55,185 nt of DNA from Patescibacteria group bacterium (GCA_023474425.1 JAMCXX010000004.1:1-55185), one strand, 5' to 3'. Counted from the stretch's first letter, positions 1 through 8,752 are shown. Translations and numbers: made by a program. Notes: generated by a model not told the origin, from the sequence alone.

Positions 1-213
1 CGAGGCAGAACCTTTTTCAATTTCGCCAAGCATTTCATTAAAAATTTCTCGTCCTGGCTCTTTAGCAGTTTTGCTCTCGTAAAATTCCTTTACCACAAAA
101 AGATTATTTTGCTTGGCGAATTCCCGAAGCTCAGTTAATTGAGCCTCAATAGACAAAACTTGGCGTTCCTCATCCTCTGATGATTTTCTACAATAAATAT
201 AATATTTGATCAT
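1..213 (-). CDS. Serine recombinase (resolvase/large serine recombinase family), N-terminal part; runs off the window edge
   Basis: Not in the ORF track. Manual translation from the ATG at 213 gives MIKYYIYCRKSSEDEERQVLSIEAQLTELREFAKQNNLFVVKEFYESKTAKEPGREIFNEMLGEIEKG, which has the YxRxS catalytic motif, the Q..S...Q motif and the S/TAK..GR..F..ML motif. Confidence 0.92.
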   Translation of the reverse strand, partial: MIKYYIYCRKSSEDEERQVLSIEAQLTELREFAKQNNLFVVKEFYESKTAKEPGREIFNEMLGEIEKGSAS

Positions 214-315
214 AGCTTCGGGAATTAAATTGATAAAAGGTTTTGTATTACACCGACAATTTCTAAATCTCCACTCATCGGCTCTTGTGCCTTTGGCACA
301 ATCCAAACTTTGTTT

Positions 316-492
316 GGGAACCGCCGAATTTCGGCGGGAATTCTTTTGGCGGAATTCAAAACCCCTTGGAATTTCTTGGCGGAAACCAATGCCGAGGGGC
401 GAAGCCCCGAGGCAATTTCTTCGGCAAATTCGAAATGGTGGTGTTTGTTTGAAAAAGTCAGAACCCATTTTGCGGAAAATCCCAATGAATGA
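316..492 (+). pseudogene. Orphan coding fragment, probably the C-terminal tail of a CPR-type large serine recombinase
   Basis: Reads GNRRISAGILLAEFKTPWNFLAETNAE...KWWCLFEKVRTHFAENPNE* with no convincing start or RBS. It resembles recombinase C-termini as I recall them (inference). Confidence 0.5.
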
Positions 493-641
493 AATGGAAA
501 CAATGCGGACTCGGCGGGGCAAACTATTTTTCTGGGGGAATGGAATTGCCCCGCCTCGGCTTCCTTCCCGCCCGCAGGAGGGGTCTGGGGAGGAATGCGG
601 GCGGGTTTTTGAACCTTTCCTTTTTCGCTTCCAAATTTCGT
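436..641 (+). repeat. 206-bp inverted repeat, left copy
   Basis: TGGTGGTGTTTG...CCAAATTTCGT is the reverse complement of 2828-3033. Shadow-ORF translations across the two copies are identical. Confidence 0.97.
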
Positions 642-664
642 ATTTTGCAAAGCAAAATGCGCCA
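493..664 (+). other. GC-rich multi-hairpin structured element (candidate ncRNA or ssDNA recombination site)
   Basis: Stems at 513-522/546-555 and 567-576/596-605, then 639-648/652-661 with a 3-nt loop followed by CCA. Mirrored at 2805-2976. Confidence 0.6.
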
Positions 665-799
665 CCAAAAGAGATGTTGCCCTTGACCTACCCAACCCAT
701 TCGCGGGCAACGCTAAGGAACTCCCTTTGTCTGTTATATAATTGCTCTCCATAGACCAATCATATAACATTTGATACAATCAATGCAAGTGGATAAAAT

Positions 800-1003
800 A
801 TGAAAAACGAGATTACAAATTTTGGGAAGCGTCTCCGCGAAGCCCGCTTAAAAAAGAAGATGTCGCAGGGCGATATCGCCGAGAAATTAGGTGTTCACAG
901 GAGTTATATCAGCGGTCTTGAACGCGGGAAACGCAACCCGTCTTTATTAACCATTAATAAAATGGCGAAAGCCATCGGCGTTGAGCCGAAAGAATTACTA
1001 TGA
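800..1003 (+). CDS. XRE-family helix-turn-helix regulator
   Basis: FGKRLREARLKKKMSQGDIAEKLGVHRSYISGLERGKRNPSL is a classic HTH_3 pattern. Confidence 0.93.
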   Translation: MKNEITNFGKRLREARLKKKMSQGDIAEKLGVHRSYISGLERGKRNPSLLTINKMAKAIGVEPKELL

Positions 1004-1398
1004 ATAATTACAACGGCACTATTATTGAGGAATCTTTAGCAAATAAAGATGTTCTCAAAAAAGTAAAAATTATTTCTACAAAAGTTGAACCGATAACTGA
1101 CGAGCACAAAACGCCGTGGCTTTCGCAATGGACTTTACACGCTGTTGAAATTCCTGAAAATGAAGCGCAAAGCGTAGCCGAAGAAATAAGTAAATCCCTT
1201 GATTACTCGCATAATAGTTCTTGGTATGCGGATTATAAAAACAATGCTCATCATTACATAATTTTCCGTGATAAAATTTTCTATATAGACCGAAAAAGCA
1301 AAGAGCAATATGACGAAGCGAAACGCTACGGTATTTCGCTTGGCATACCGGAATATCAAGTGGATTTCCACCCCGAGGTCGAGGAGTGGGAAAGATAA
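1000..1398 (+). CDS. Hypothetical protein
   Basis: 132-aa ORF with an ATGA overlap with the XRE gene (translational coupling). Confidence 0.8.
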   Translation: MNNYNGTIIEESLANKDVLKKVKIISTKVEPITDEHKTPWLSQWTLHAVEIPENEAQSVAEEISKSLDYSHNSSWYADYKNNAHHYIIFRDKIFYIDRKSKEQYDEAKRYGISLGIPEYQVDFHPEVEEWER

Positions 1399-1418
1399 TA
1401 ATTGGAGGTGATAAAAAT

Positions 1419-1787
1419 ATGCTTAAAAAATTATTTGCAAACTGTTTGTTGGTAAATGACTTCGAAAAATCACTTGCCTTTTACCGAGACATTTTAGGGT
1501 TAGAGGTAAATTCAACTGAAGGCAAATTTGCCGATTTCAAGCTTGAAGGCACTTCTTTGGCTATCTTTGAGAAAGAAGCGGCAACGGCTATGTTCCCTAA
1601 AAAATTTATGGGAAATGGCGGCGGAGTGATTTTGGCTTTCCAAGTTGATGATGTCAAAAAGACTTGCGACGATCTAAAAACAAAAGGTATTGAGATTTTT
1701 GAAGGACCAAAAACCACGCCGTGGGGTCAAACTGTTGCTTATTTCAACGATCCAGACGGAAACATTTGGGAAGTTTCGGCAAAATAA
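1419..1787 (+). CDS. VOC/glyoxalase/bleomycin-resistance family protein
   Basis: V.DFEKSLAFYRDILGL...PWGQTVAYFNDPDGNIWEV motifs. An RBS (GGAGGTGA) precedes the ATG at 1419. Confidence 0.92.
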   Translation: MLKKLFANCLLVNDFEKSLAFYRDILGLEVNSTEGKFADFKLEGTSLAIFEKEAATAMFPKKFMGNGGGVILAFQVDDVKKTCDDLKTKGIEIFEGPKTTPWGQTVAYFNDPDGNIWEVSAK

Positions 1788-1795
1788 ATTAGAAT

Positions 1796-2767
1796 ATGAA
1801 GTCATTAGTTTTGAAAAACAAAAAGGAATTTTTTGTATTTCCAAGCTCGCCATTTCATTTTGACGGGACTTTTCATAAACCCTCGCATTATCCCGATAAA
1901 TTGACTGATTGGGAAGCTGGAAAGTATTGGCAAGCAATTAGAATTGGCAAGCGACTTTTTGGCTTGAAAATTGAAAACAAAGGCGCAACACAAAAGCCAA
2001 AAATCAAAGTTTCAATTTTCTATGACACAAACATTTCCGAAAGCGAACTTGGAAAAATCAAGGAAGAAATTATTTGGCGGTTTGATCTGAACGCTGATTT
2101 GAAAGAATTTAACAAGCTCGCCAAAAGCGATAAACGCTTTTATCCAATTTTCAAAAAATGGTTGGGTATGCGCAACTCAAGCGCGCATAATTTGTATGAA
2201 CTTCTCATAATCGCTGTGCTTCTTCAAAACGCGACTGTTCGACGAACTGTGCAAATGACGGACGCCTTGCTTAATAACTACGGAACAAAACTTAAATTTG
2301 ACGGCAAAGAAATTTTTGCGATTTGGTTGCCGGAAAAACTTAACAATGTATCCGAACAAGAACTACGAGATTTGAAAATTGGATATAGAGCAAAATTCAT
2401 AAAGCGTTTATCGCAAAATTTTGCCGAAGGCAAAATTGACGAGCTTAAATTAAGAGAACTTGATCAAGAGGATGCTAAAAAAGAATTAACGAAATTGTAT
2501 GGAGTTGGACCGGAAACCGCTCGCATTTTGCTTTTTGAAGTTTGCCACCAATACAATACTTTTGACCATATTGCCCCGTGGCAACAAAAAATATATTCCC
2601 AACTTTTTTACAAAAAACCGCTTGTCCCGACAAACAAAATCCGAGACGACATTAAAAAACAATATGGCGATTATTCAATGCTCGCGGTTCACTACATTTG
2701 GGAAGATATTTTTTGGAAAAGGAAACATAAAAAAATTGATTGGTTAGAAAAAGAAATCCGACTTTGA
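1796..2767 (+). CDS. AlkA/OGG1-like HhH-GPD DNA glycosylase
   Basis: LR.LKIGYRAKFI and the helix-hairpin-helix LTKLYGVGPETA. Confidence 0.85.
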   Translation: MKSLVLKNKKEFFVFPSSPFHFDGTFHKPSHYPDKLTDWEAGKYWQAIRIGKRLFGLKIENKGATQKPKIKVSIFYDTNISESELGKIKEEIIWRFDLNADLKEFNKLAKSDKRFYPIFKKWLGMRNSSAHNLYELLIIAVLLQNATVRRTVQMTDALLNNYGTKLKFDGKEIFAIWLPEKLNNVSEQELRDLKIGYRAKFIKRLSQNFAEGKIDELKLRELDQEDAKKELTKLYGVGPETARILLFEVCHQYNTFDHIAPWQQKIYSQLFYKKPLVPTNKIRDDIKKQYGDYSMLAVHYIWEDIFWKRKHKKIDWLEKEIRL

Positions 2768-2827
2768 TTTTTTCCGTTTTCTGGTAAATTAAAGATATAA
2801 AAGTTGGCGTGCCAGTTTTCAACTGGC

Positions 2828-3033
2828 ACGAAATTTGGAAGCGAAAAAGGAAAGGTTCAAAAACCCGCCCGCATTCCTCCCCAGACCCCTCCTGCGGGCG
2901 GGAAGGAAGCCGAGGCGGGGCAATTCCATTCCCCCAGAAAAATAGTTTGCCCCGCCGAGTCCGCATTGTTTCCATTTCATTCATTGGGATTTTCCGCAAA
3001 ATGGGTTCTGACTTTTTCAAACAAACACCACCA
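2828..3033 (-). repeat. 206-bp inverted repeat, right copy (its covarying terminal hairpin extends to 2805)
   Basis: Reverse complement of 436-641. Its outer end lies 9 bp from the pgk stop codon. Confidence 0.97.
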
Positions 3034-3042
3034 GTGAAATCT

Positions 3043-4086
3043 TCAGGAAACAGTCAGTGGAACAAGCGCCGGCAGGGGTTGGCCGGATAAAAATTCTAAC
3101 ATGGCGCCCCCGCCCACGGAAATAAAAGAAATATCTGTATCAAGACTATTCTTACGCAAATAAGCCTCGGTATCGCCGCCGCCAACAATAGAACAGGCCC
3201 CTTTCTTGGTTGCCTCAACAATACTCATAGCAATTAAATCGGTGCCGACCAGCTGATTTTTGGAAATGTCGCCCATGGGCCCGTTCCAAACAATCATTTT
3301 AGCTTCCAAAATCTGTGTCGCCCATTCTTTAGCTTTGTTAAAAGATAAATCCGGATCGCCGCAGGAAATCTCAATCTTTGGTCCTAAATTCTTTAACTCA
3401 TCGTGGCAACCCACCAATCCCCCAACCAAAATTTTGTCGGCAATATTCACAAAATTCTTAACTGCCAAAACCTTGGTTTCCACCTTGGCCCCGCCAATTA
3501 CTACATACAAAGGCCTGGCCGGAGTCTTGAGCACCAAGGATAACTCCCGCACCTCGTCCTGTAAATGAAAGCCGGCAAATGAGGGCAGAAATTTAGTAAC
3601 GGCCACCATCGAGGTGTCGGTACGGTGGGAATTGGCAAACGAGTCGTTCACATAATAATCGGCCAAAGCCGCATAACCGCGGGCTAAGTCCTCGCTTCCC
3701 TTCTGCTCGTCGGCTAAAAATCTCAAATTCTCCAAAACCAGTATTTGGCCGGAGGCCAGCGCGGAGATTTCGGCTTCCACCCGCGGTCCCACACAGTATT
3801 GGCTGAGGGTAACGGCCGGATAAATTGATTTTAAATAATCAGCAACCGGTCTGGAACTCTTACTTGGGTCCGGCACCCCACCCGGACGGTCAAGATGCCC
3901 GCCAATAACTACCCTGGCTTTATTCCGAACCAGGAAATCCAGAGTCTTTGAAAAGGATTTTAAACGGGTAGGGTCGCTAACGCTCCATACTCCGCCCGAC
4001 TCAACTAACGGCACATCCAAATCGGCCCGTAAAAAGACCCTCTTACCGTCCAAATCTTTTAGCTCTTCGACGCTTCTCAAATTCAT
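3043..4086 (-). CDS. pgk: Phosphoglycerate kinase
   Basis: RADLDVP, LENLRF, YVNDSFANSHR, GGAKVETK, WNGPMG, GGGDT, SVGGGAMLEFL motifs. Confidence 0.97.
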   Translation of the reverse strand: MNLRSVEELKDLDGKRVFLRADLDVPLVESGGVWSVSDPTRLKSFSKTLDFLVRNKARVVIGGHLDRPGGVPDPSKSSRPVADYLKSIYPAVTLSQYCVGPRVEAEISALASGQILVLENLRFLADEQKGSEDLARGYAALADYYVNDSFANSHRTDTSMVAVTKFLPSFAGFHLQDEVRELSLVLKTPARPLYVVIGGAKVETKVLAVKNFVNIADKILVGGLVGCHDELKNLGPKIEISCGDPDLSFNKAKEWATQILEAKMIVWNGPMGDISKNQLVGTDLIAMSIVEATKKGACSIVGGGDTEAYLRKNSLDTDISFISVGGGAMLEFLSGQPLPALVPLTVS

Positions 4087-4442
4087 GACTCCGTATAAAC
4101 ACTCTTAAAGTATTCTATCTCCGGCGGCTCTGTTAAAACAATGGAAACAACATCAATTCTTAAAGGCAAGGAGGAATTGGCGCCGGTCATTCGATAATTG
4201 TTAGCCGTGCGCACGAGTGATTTTAACTTGTAGTAGTTGACGGCTTCGAAAGGTTTACCCAAAGAACCGACCGAACGGGTTTTAACCTCAATAAAAACTA
4301 GGTCTTCGTGATCCTTGGCGACGATGTCCAACTCTCCCCAACGTTTACTCTTCCAATTCCGGGCCAGGATTTTATAGCCCCGCTTAGAAACATAATCGGC
4401 CGCGATTTCCTCGCCCCTTTGGCCGACACTTAAACCCTCCAT
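4083..4442 (-). CDS. yraN: YraN family (UPF0102) nuclease-like protein
   Basis: G..GE..A..Y....GY.IL.RN, GELDIVA, LVFIEVKTR. Confidence 0.93.
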   Translation of the reverse strand: MEGLSVGQRGEEIAADYVSKRGYKILARNWKSKRWGELDIVAKDHEDLVFIEVKTRSVGSLGKPFEAVNYYKLKSLVRTANNYRMTGANSSLPLRIDVVSIVLTEPPEIEYFKSVYTES

Positions 4443-4741
4443 TACGACAACTTTTTCCTAACTTCTTTGGGAGACAAATTCCTCACAAAATAAACTTTGG
4501 CGCGCCTTACACGACCTTGGCGAAGAAGCTCAACCTTCTCTAAATTAGGGCTGCTTAAGGGAAAAATCCTTTCCACCCCTACATTATCGGCACCTATATG
4601 CCGAACCGTAAAAGTCTTATCGCCGGCCTGGCCCTTTACTGCCAAGACGACACCTTCAAAAGCCTGTGTCCGCGTTTGTTCGCCTTCTTTAATTTTATAA
4701 TAAACTTTTATCGTGTCGCCGGCCTTAAAATTCAAATCCAT
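4442..4741 (-). CDS. rplS: 50S ribosomal protein L19
   Basis: FKAGDTIKV...QAFEGVV...TFTVR..GVERIFPL.SP...GRVRRAK. The ATG at 4741 was chosen as start. Confidence 0.97.
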   Translation of the reverse strand: MDLNFKAGDTIKVYYKIKEGEQTRTQAFEGVVLAVKGQAGDKTFTVRHIGADNVGVERIFPLSSPNLEKVELLRQGRVRRAKVYFVRNLSPKEVRKKLS

Positions 4742-4786
4742 AGACAAAAGATACTATCATTACCAGTCCTTTCTGACAAACACTAC

Positions 4787-6877
4787 TTACTTAGAAAGAA
4801 CGGACAGTTGCAAACCTTTCTTACCGGCATCCACCAAAATTTTTTTGCCGGGGCCAATCTCCTGGGTAAGCATTTTCGAGGAAATTAAGTTTTCCACCTC
4901 TTTCTGAATCAGGCGTCGCAGCGGACGGGCGCCAAAATCCGGGTCAAAACCCTCCTTAACCAGGTAATCTTTAGCCTTTTCGGAAACGGTTAATATTATT
5001 CCTTTTTGGCTTAAAAGATTGGCCGTTTGTTCTAAAATTCTCTCGGCAATTTGCCGAACTTCCTTTCTGCCGAGAGGATGAAAAACGACAATCTCATCAA
5101 TCCGGTTAAGAAATTCCGGTCTAAAAGTTTGCTTGAGGGCAGCCATTACTTTGTCTTTGAGCTTTTGGTAGGAATCGTTTTCAGGGTTACGGACCTCTCC
5201 TCCGCCCGAAGAAAACCCGATTGATTCTTTAGATAAAAGTTCGCTGCCCACATTGGAGGTCATTATAATAATCACGTTCTTAAAATCCACCGTGCGCCCG
5301 TGTCCGTCGGTGAGCCGCCCATCTTCCATTATTTGCAAAAGGACATTAAACACCTCGGGGTGGGCTTTTTCTATTTCATCCAAAAGAATCACCGAAAAAG
5401 GCTTGCGTCGCACGATTTCGGTTAGCTGGCCACCGCGCTCAAACCCAATGTAACCCGGAGGCGCTCCAATTAAACGGCTCACCGTGTGGCGCTCCATGTA
5501 TTCGCTCATGTCAAGCCTCACCATTAAGTCCTCACTACCATAAAGTACCTCGGCCAAAGCTTTGGTAAGCTCGGTTTTGCCGACTCCCGTGGGACCTAGG
5601 AAAAGAAAACTGCCGATCGGACGACGCGGGTCTTTAAGACCCACTCGGGAGCGCCTAATTGCCTCGGCTACCACCTTAACGGCCTCGTTCTGGTCCACAA
5701 TCCGCTCGTGCAACCTCTCCTCAAGTTTTAAGAGCTTGTGCATCTCTTCTTCGGAAAGATCGGAAAGAGGAATCCCGGTCATTCCCGAAACGATCTCGGC
5801 AATGTTCTCCTTGCGGACCACCGGCACTTCTTCCATTTTGGTTTTAAGCCATAAATCGGTCAGCTCGGCCCGCACCTTCTCCAACTCGTCAATTCGCCTC
5901 TGCAACTTATCTTTCTCCGCCGTTTTTTGGGTCCTCACCTGGGATGCCTTGGTTTGCTGTAATTCTTCCTCGACTCTTTTCAAATTTTCCGGCTCCTTTA
6001 CCGCTGCCAGCCTTACCTTGGCACAGGCCTCATCAATTAAGTCAATGGCCTTATCCGGCAGAAATCGGTCGGCAATGTAGCGGTCGGAAAGCTCCACTGC
6101 GGCCACAACGGCCCCATCATCAATTTTTACCTGGTGATGCTTTTCATACTTAGGACGCAGGCCCTTAAGAATTTCGATGGTGTCATTAAGCGTCGGCTCG
6201 GCAATCAAAACCGGTTGGAACCGCCTTTCCAAAGCGGCATCGCGCTCCACATGTTGGCGATATTCATCCAAAGTTGTGGCCCCAATGGCCTGAAGCTCCC
6301 CGCGGGCCAAGGCAGGTTTAAGCATATTGGCGGCGTCAATAGCTCCCTCGGCCGCGCCGGCACCAATAACCGTATGAAGCTCGTCGATAAAAAGGATAAT
6401 CTGGCCCTTGGCGTTAATAACTTCCTCAATGGTCTTTTTAAGACGCTGTTCGAACTCACCACGGTGGGAAGCACCGGCGAGCATGAGAGGCAAATCTATT
6501 GATACAACCCGTTTACCCTTGAGCGTTTCGGGCACGGCTCCCTGCACTATTTTTTGAGCCAGGCCCTCCACAATGGCCGTCTTGCCCACACCGGGGTCGC
6601 CAATGAGCACGGGATTGTTTTTGGTCCGGCGCGATAAAATGTGAACAACGCGCTCAATTTCGCTTTTGCGCCCGATTACCGGGTCCAGGCGGTCCTCACG
6701 GGCCAGAGCGGTTAAATCGCGTCCGTATTTGTCTAGAAAAGACGTCTTAGAAGCTTCTTCGCGGATTTCCTGAAAACAGACTTCGCAAAGATTAACAAAG
6801 ATAGGCCGCCCGTCGGGCCCAATTTGTTGTGATTGAATAACTGCGGGACGCCGCCCACAACGCTGACAAACAACCAT
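4787..6877 (-). CDS. ATP-dependent Clp protease ATPase (ClpC/ClpE type) with N-terminal CxxC...CxxC zinc finger
   Basis: Two AAA+ modules (GDPGVGKT, GPTGVGKT), RRTKNNPVL and DAALERRFQP. The N-terminus carries CQRC...CEVC. Confidence 0.93.
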   Translation of the reverse strand: MVVCQRCGRRPAVIQSQQIGPDGRPIFVNLCEVCFQEIREEASKTSFLDKYGRDLTALAREDRLDPVIGRKSEIERVVHILSRRTKNNPVLIGDPGVGKTAIVEGLAQKIVQGAVPETLKGKRVVSIDLPLMLAGASHRGEFEQRLKKTIEEVINAKGQIILFIDELHTVIGAGAAEGAIDAANMLKPALARGELQAIGATTLDEYRQHVERDAALERRFQPVLIAEPTLNDTIEILKGLRPKYEKHHQVKIDDGAVVAAVELSDRYIADRFLPDKAIDLIDEACAKVRLAAVKEPENLKRVEEELQQTKASQVRTQKTAEKDKLQRRIDELEKVRAELTDLWLKTKMEEVPVVRKENIAEIVSGMTGIPLSDLSEEEMHKLLKLEERLHERIVDQNEAVKVVAEAIRRSRVGLKDPRRPIGSFLFLGPTGVGKTELTKALAEVLYGSEDLMVRLDMSEYMERHTVSRLIGAPPGYIGFERGGQLTEIVRRKPFSVILLDEIEKAHPEVFNVLLQIMEDGRLTDGHGRTVDFKNVIIIMTSNVGSELLSKESIGFSSGGGEVRNPENDSYQKLKDKVMAALKQTFRPEFLNRIDEIVVFHPLGRKEVRQIAERILEQTANLLSQKGIILTVSEKAKDYLVKEGFDPDFGARPLRRLIQKEVENLISSKMLTQEIGPGKKILVDAGKKGLQLSVLSK

Positions 6878-6964
6878 ACTCCACTATGTGAAATTTAACC
6901 AATTACCAATTTACAAAAAAAATAAAAATTGAAAATTGACCATTCCTCGCCTCGCGTCGCGAGG

Positions 6965-8752
6965 CTAGTGTTCCCAAAAATCTGACGCCTTAACATCCAC
7001 CTCCACCTTAACCTTCTTTAAAAGTTGTCGGCCGGCATTAACCATTTCTTCACTAATCACTTTGGTCATGGCCGCAACATCGCTTTCCTTTGCTTCGGTC
7101 ACGATTTCGTCGTGCACCGTGTGGGTAATATAGGCATCCAAACCTTCTTTTTTAATTCTATCATAGATGTTAATAAGGGCATATTTAGTTATATCGGCAC
7201 TGCTACCCTGAATCGGCGTATTCTTACCCTGGCGTTCGATGTTGGCCAAAAGTCTTTCGTAATTGGGGTCGCCTTTATCGGGCATAATATACCAACGTTT
7301 GCGGCCGCTTAGAGTCTGGCTGTATCCGTCCTTAACCGCCTGCTTGCCGGCTTTATCTAACCAAGCTTTAACCCCCTCATAAGCTTTAAAATACTTATCC
7401 AGAAGAACCCGTGCTTCGTCCGGGCCCACACCAATCTGGGCGCCTATAGAGGCGGCTCCCCGCCCGTACATAAGACCAAAATTTATGGTCTTGGCTGCCG
7501 TTCTCATTTTTTTATCCACCTGTTCTTCCTTAACGTTGTACATGTTAACGGCAGTTTTCATATGCAAATCCTCACCTTTATCGAACGCGCCCAAAAAGAC
7601 TTTGTCGCCGGAAAGCTCGGCCATAATCCGCAGTTCAATTTGAGAGTAGTCGGCCACCACAAGTTTGTAGCCCTCGGCCGGAATAAAGCAGCCGCGAAAC
7701 GACGAGTCCTGGGGAATCTGCTGCAAATTGGGGTTGCTGCAGGCGAAACGGCCGGTGTCAGCACCGATCTGCATAAAATCCGGGTGAATCCGCTTGGTCT
7801 TTTTGTGAATTTTTTCCAAAAAATTTTCCCCGAAGGCGGTAATCAATTTTTCCGCTTCCCGGTATTGCAGCATAAGCTGGGCTACTGGGTGGTTAACTTT
7901 GCGTAAAACGGCCTCTCCGGTGGAGGGCAGGTCGATACCCAGTTTTCTAAAGGCTTCAACGATTTGAATTGGCGAATTTAGATTAAGGACTTTGTCGCTT
8001 GAGCCAAAAAGATCAACCTGCTGAATTTTATAGTAAGGTTTAAGTTCGCGCTGAATCTGTACCACAATTTCGTCGCGCCGCGCCTTTAGGGCTTCAATAT
8101 TTTGATGCCATTTTTTAACGTCAATGCGCGTGCCCCGAAGCTCCATTTCGGCTACCACCGGCAGAAGCCTAAATTCCAGCTTGGAAACCTCAATGAGTTT
8201 CTGTTTTTTTATTTCCTCGAACTGTTTTTTAAAAATCGGAAAAAGAACCAAAACATCCAAGGCCGCATACTTAAGATGCTTTTGGGTTATACGGCCGGTT
8301 AAACCCACCTCCTGCCAGTTATAATTTTCGTAGTCTTTATCGAGGGTTATGTTTAAATATTTTTTGGCAATAGCCCCTAAGGAATTCTCGCGAATGAGAC
8401 CCGTGGTCAAAATTCTTTCGGCCAACATTGTGTCATAGATGTTGTTAATGCTAAAACCTTTCGAAGCTTTAAGGGCCTCATAATCAAATTTACCGTTTTG
8501 CAGAAGTTTAAGAATTCTTTCGTCGAGCAGTATTTCTTTAAGCGGCGTAAGGTCGAGTTTTCCGTTAAAAACATAGGCCTTGTCCTCGGTGCCGATCTGA
8601 AGTAAAAGTACCTTTAAGGTGTAGGGATCCAGTGCGTCGGCTTCCAAATCCACGGCCAAAACTGCCTCGCGGGAAAGAACTGCCGCGGTCTTGTTAAGCT
8701 CTTCCTGCGTTTCGATGTATTCAAAATTTGGGTTCTTTATATCAATGGGCAT
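6965..8752 (-). CDS. polA: Family A DNA polymerase (3'-5' exonuclease plus polymerase; no 5'-3' nuclease domain)
   Basis: Exo motifs DLE, NGKFD and YAALD. Pol motifs DYSQIELR, KTINFGLMYG and HDE. Confidence 0.9.
   Translation of the reverse strand: MPIDIKNPNFEYIETQEELNKTAAVLSREAVLAVDLEADALDPYTLKVLLLQIGTEDKAYVFNGKLDLTPLKEILLDERILKLLQNGKFDYEALKASKGFSINNIYDTMLAERILTTGLIRENSLGAIAKKYLNITLDKDYENYNWQEVGLTGRITQKHLKYAALDVLVLFPIFKKQFEEIKKQKLIEVSKLEFRLLPVVAEMELRGTRIDVKKWHQNIEALKARRDEIVVQIQRELKPYYKIQQVDLFGSSDKVLNLNSPIQIVEAFRKLGIDLPSTGEAVLRKVNHPVAQLMLQYREAEKLITAFGENFLEKIHKKTKRIHPDFMQIGADTGRFACSNPNLQQIPQDSSFRGCFIPAEGYKLVVADYSQIELRIMAELSGDKVFLGAFDKGEDLHMKTAVNMYNVKEEQVDKKMRTAAKTINFGLMYGRGAASIGAQIGVGPDEARVLLDKYFKAYEGVKAWLDKAGKQAVKDGYSQTLSGRKRWYIMPDKGDPNYERLLANIERQGKNTPIQGSSADITKYALINIYDRIKKEGLDAYITHTVHDEIVTEAKESDVAAMTKVISEEMVNAGRQLLKKVKVEVDVKASDFWEH

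Noticed and set aside
206-779. Long ORFs 206-754 (+) and 225-779 (-), and their mirrors at 2652-3020, 2804-3037 and 2809-3090
   Set aside because: These are shadow frames across the GC-rich inverted repeat. Their shared peptides simply reflect the DNA repeat, and they have no recognisable motifs or RBS.
436-3033. Composite transposon or IS interpretation
   Set aside because: There is no transposase within or between the repeats and no evident target-site duplication. The left copy continues outward as a coding tail.
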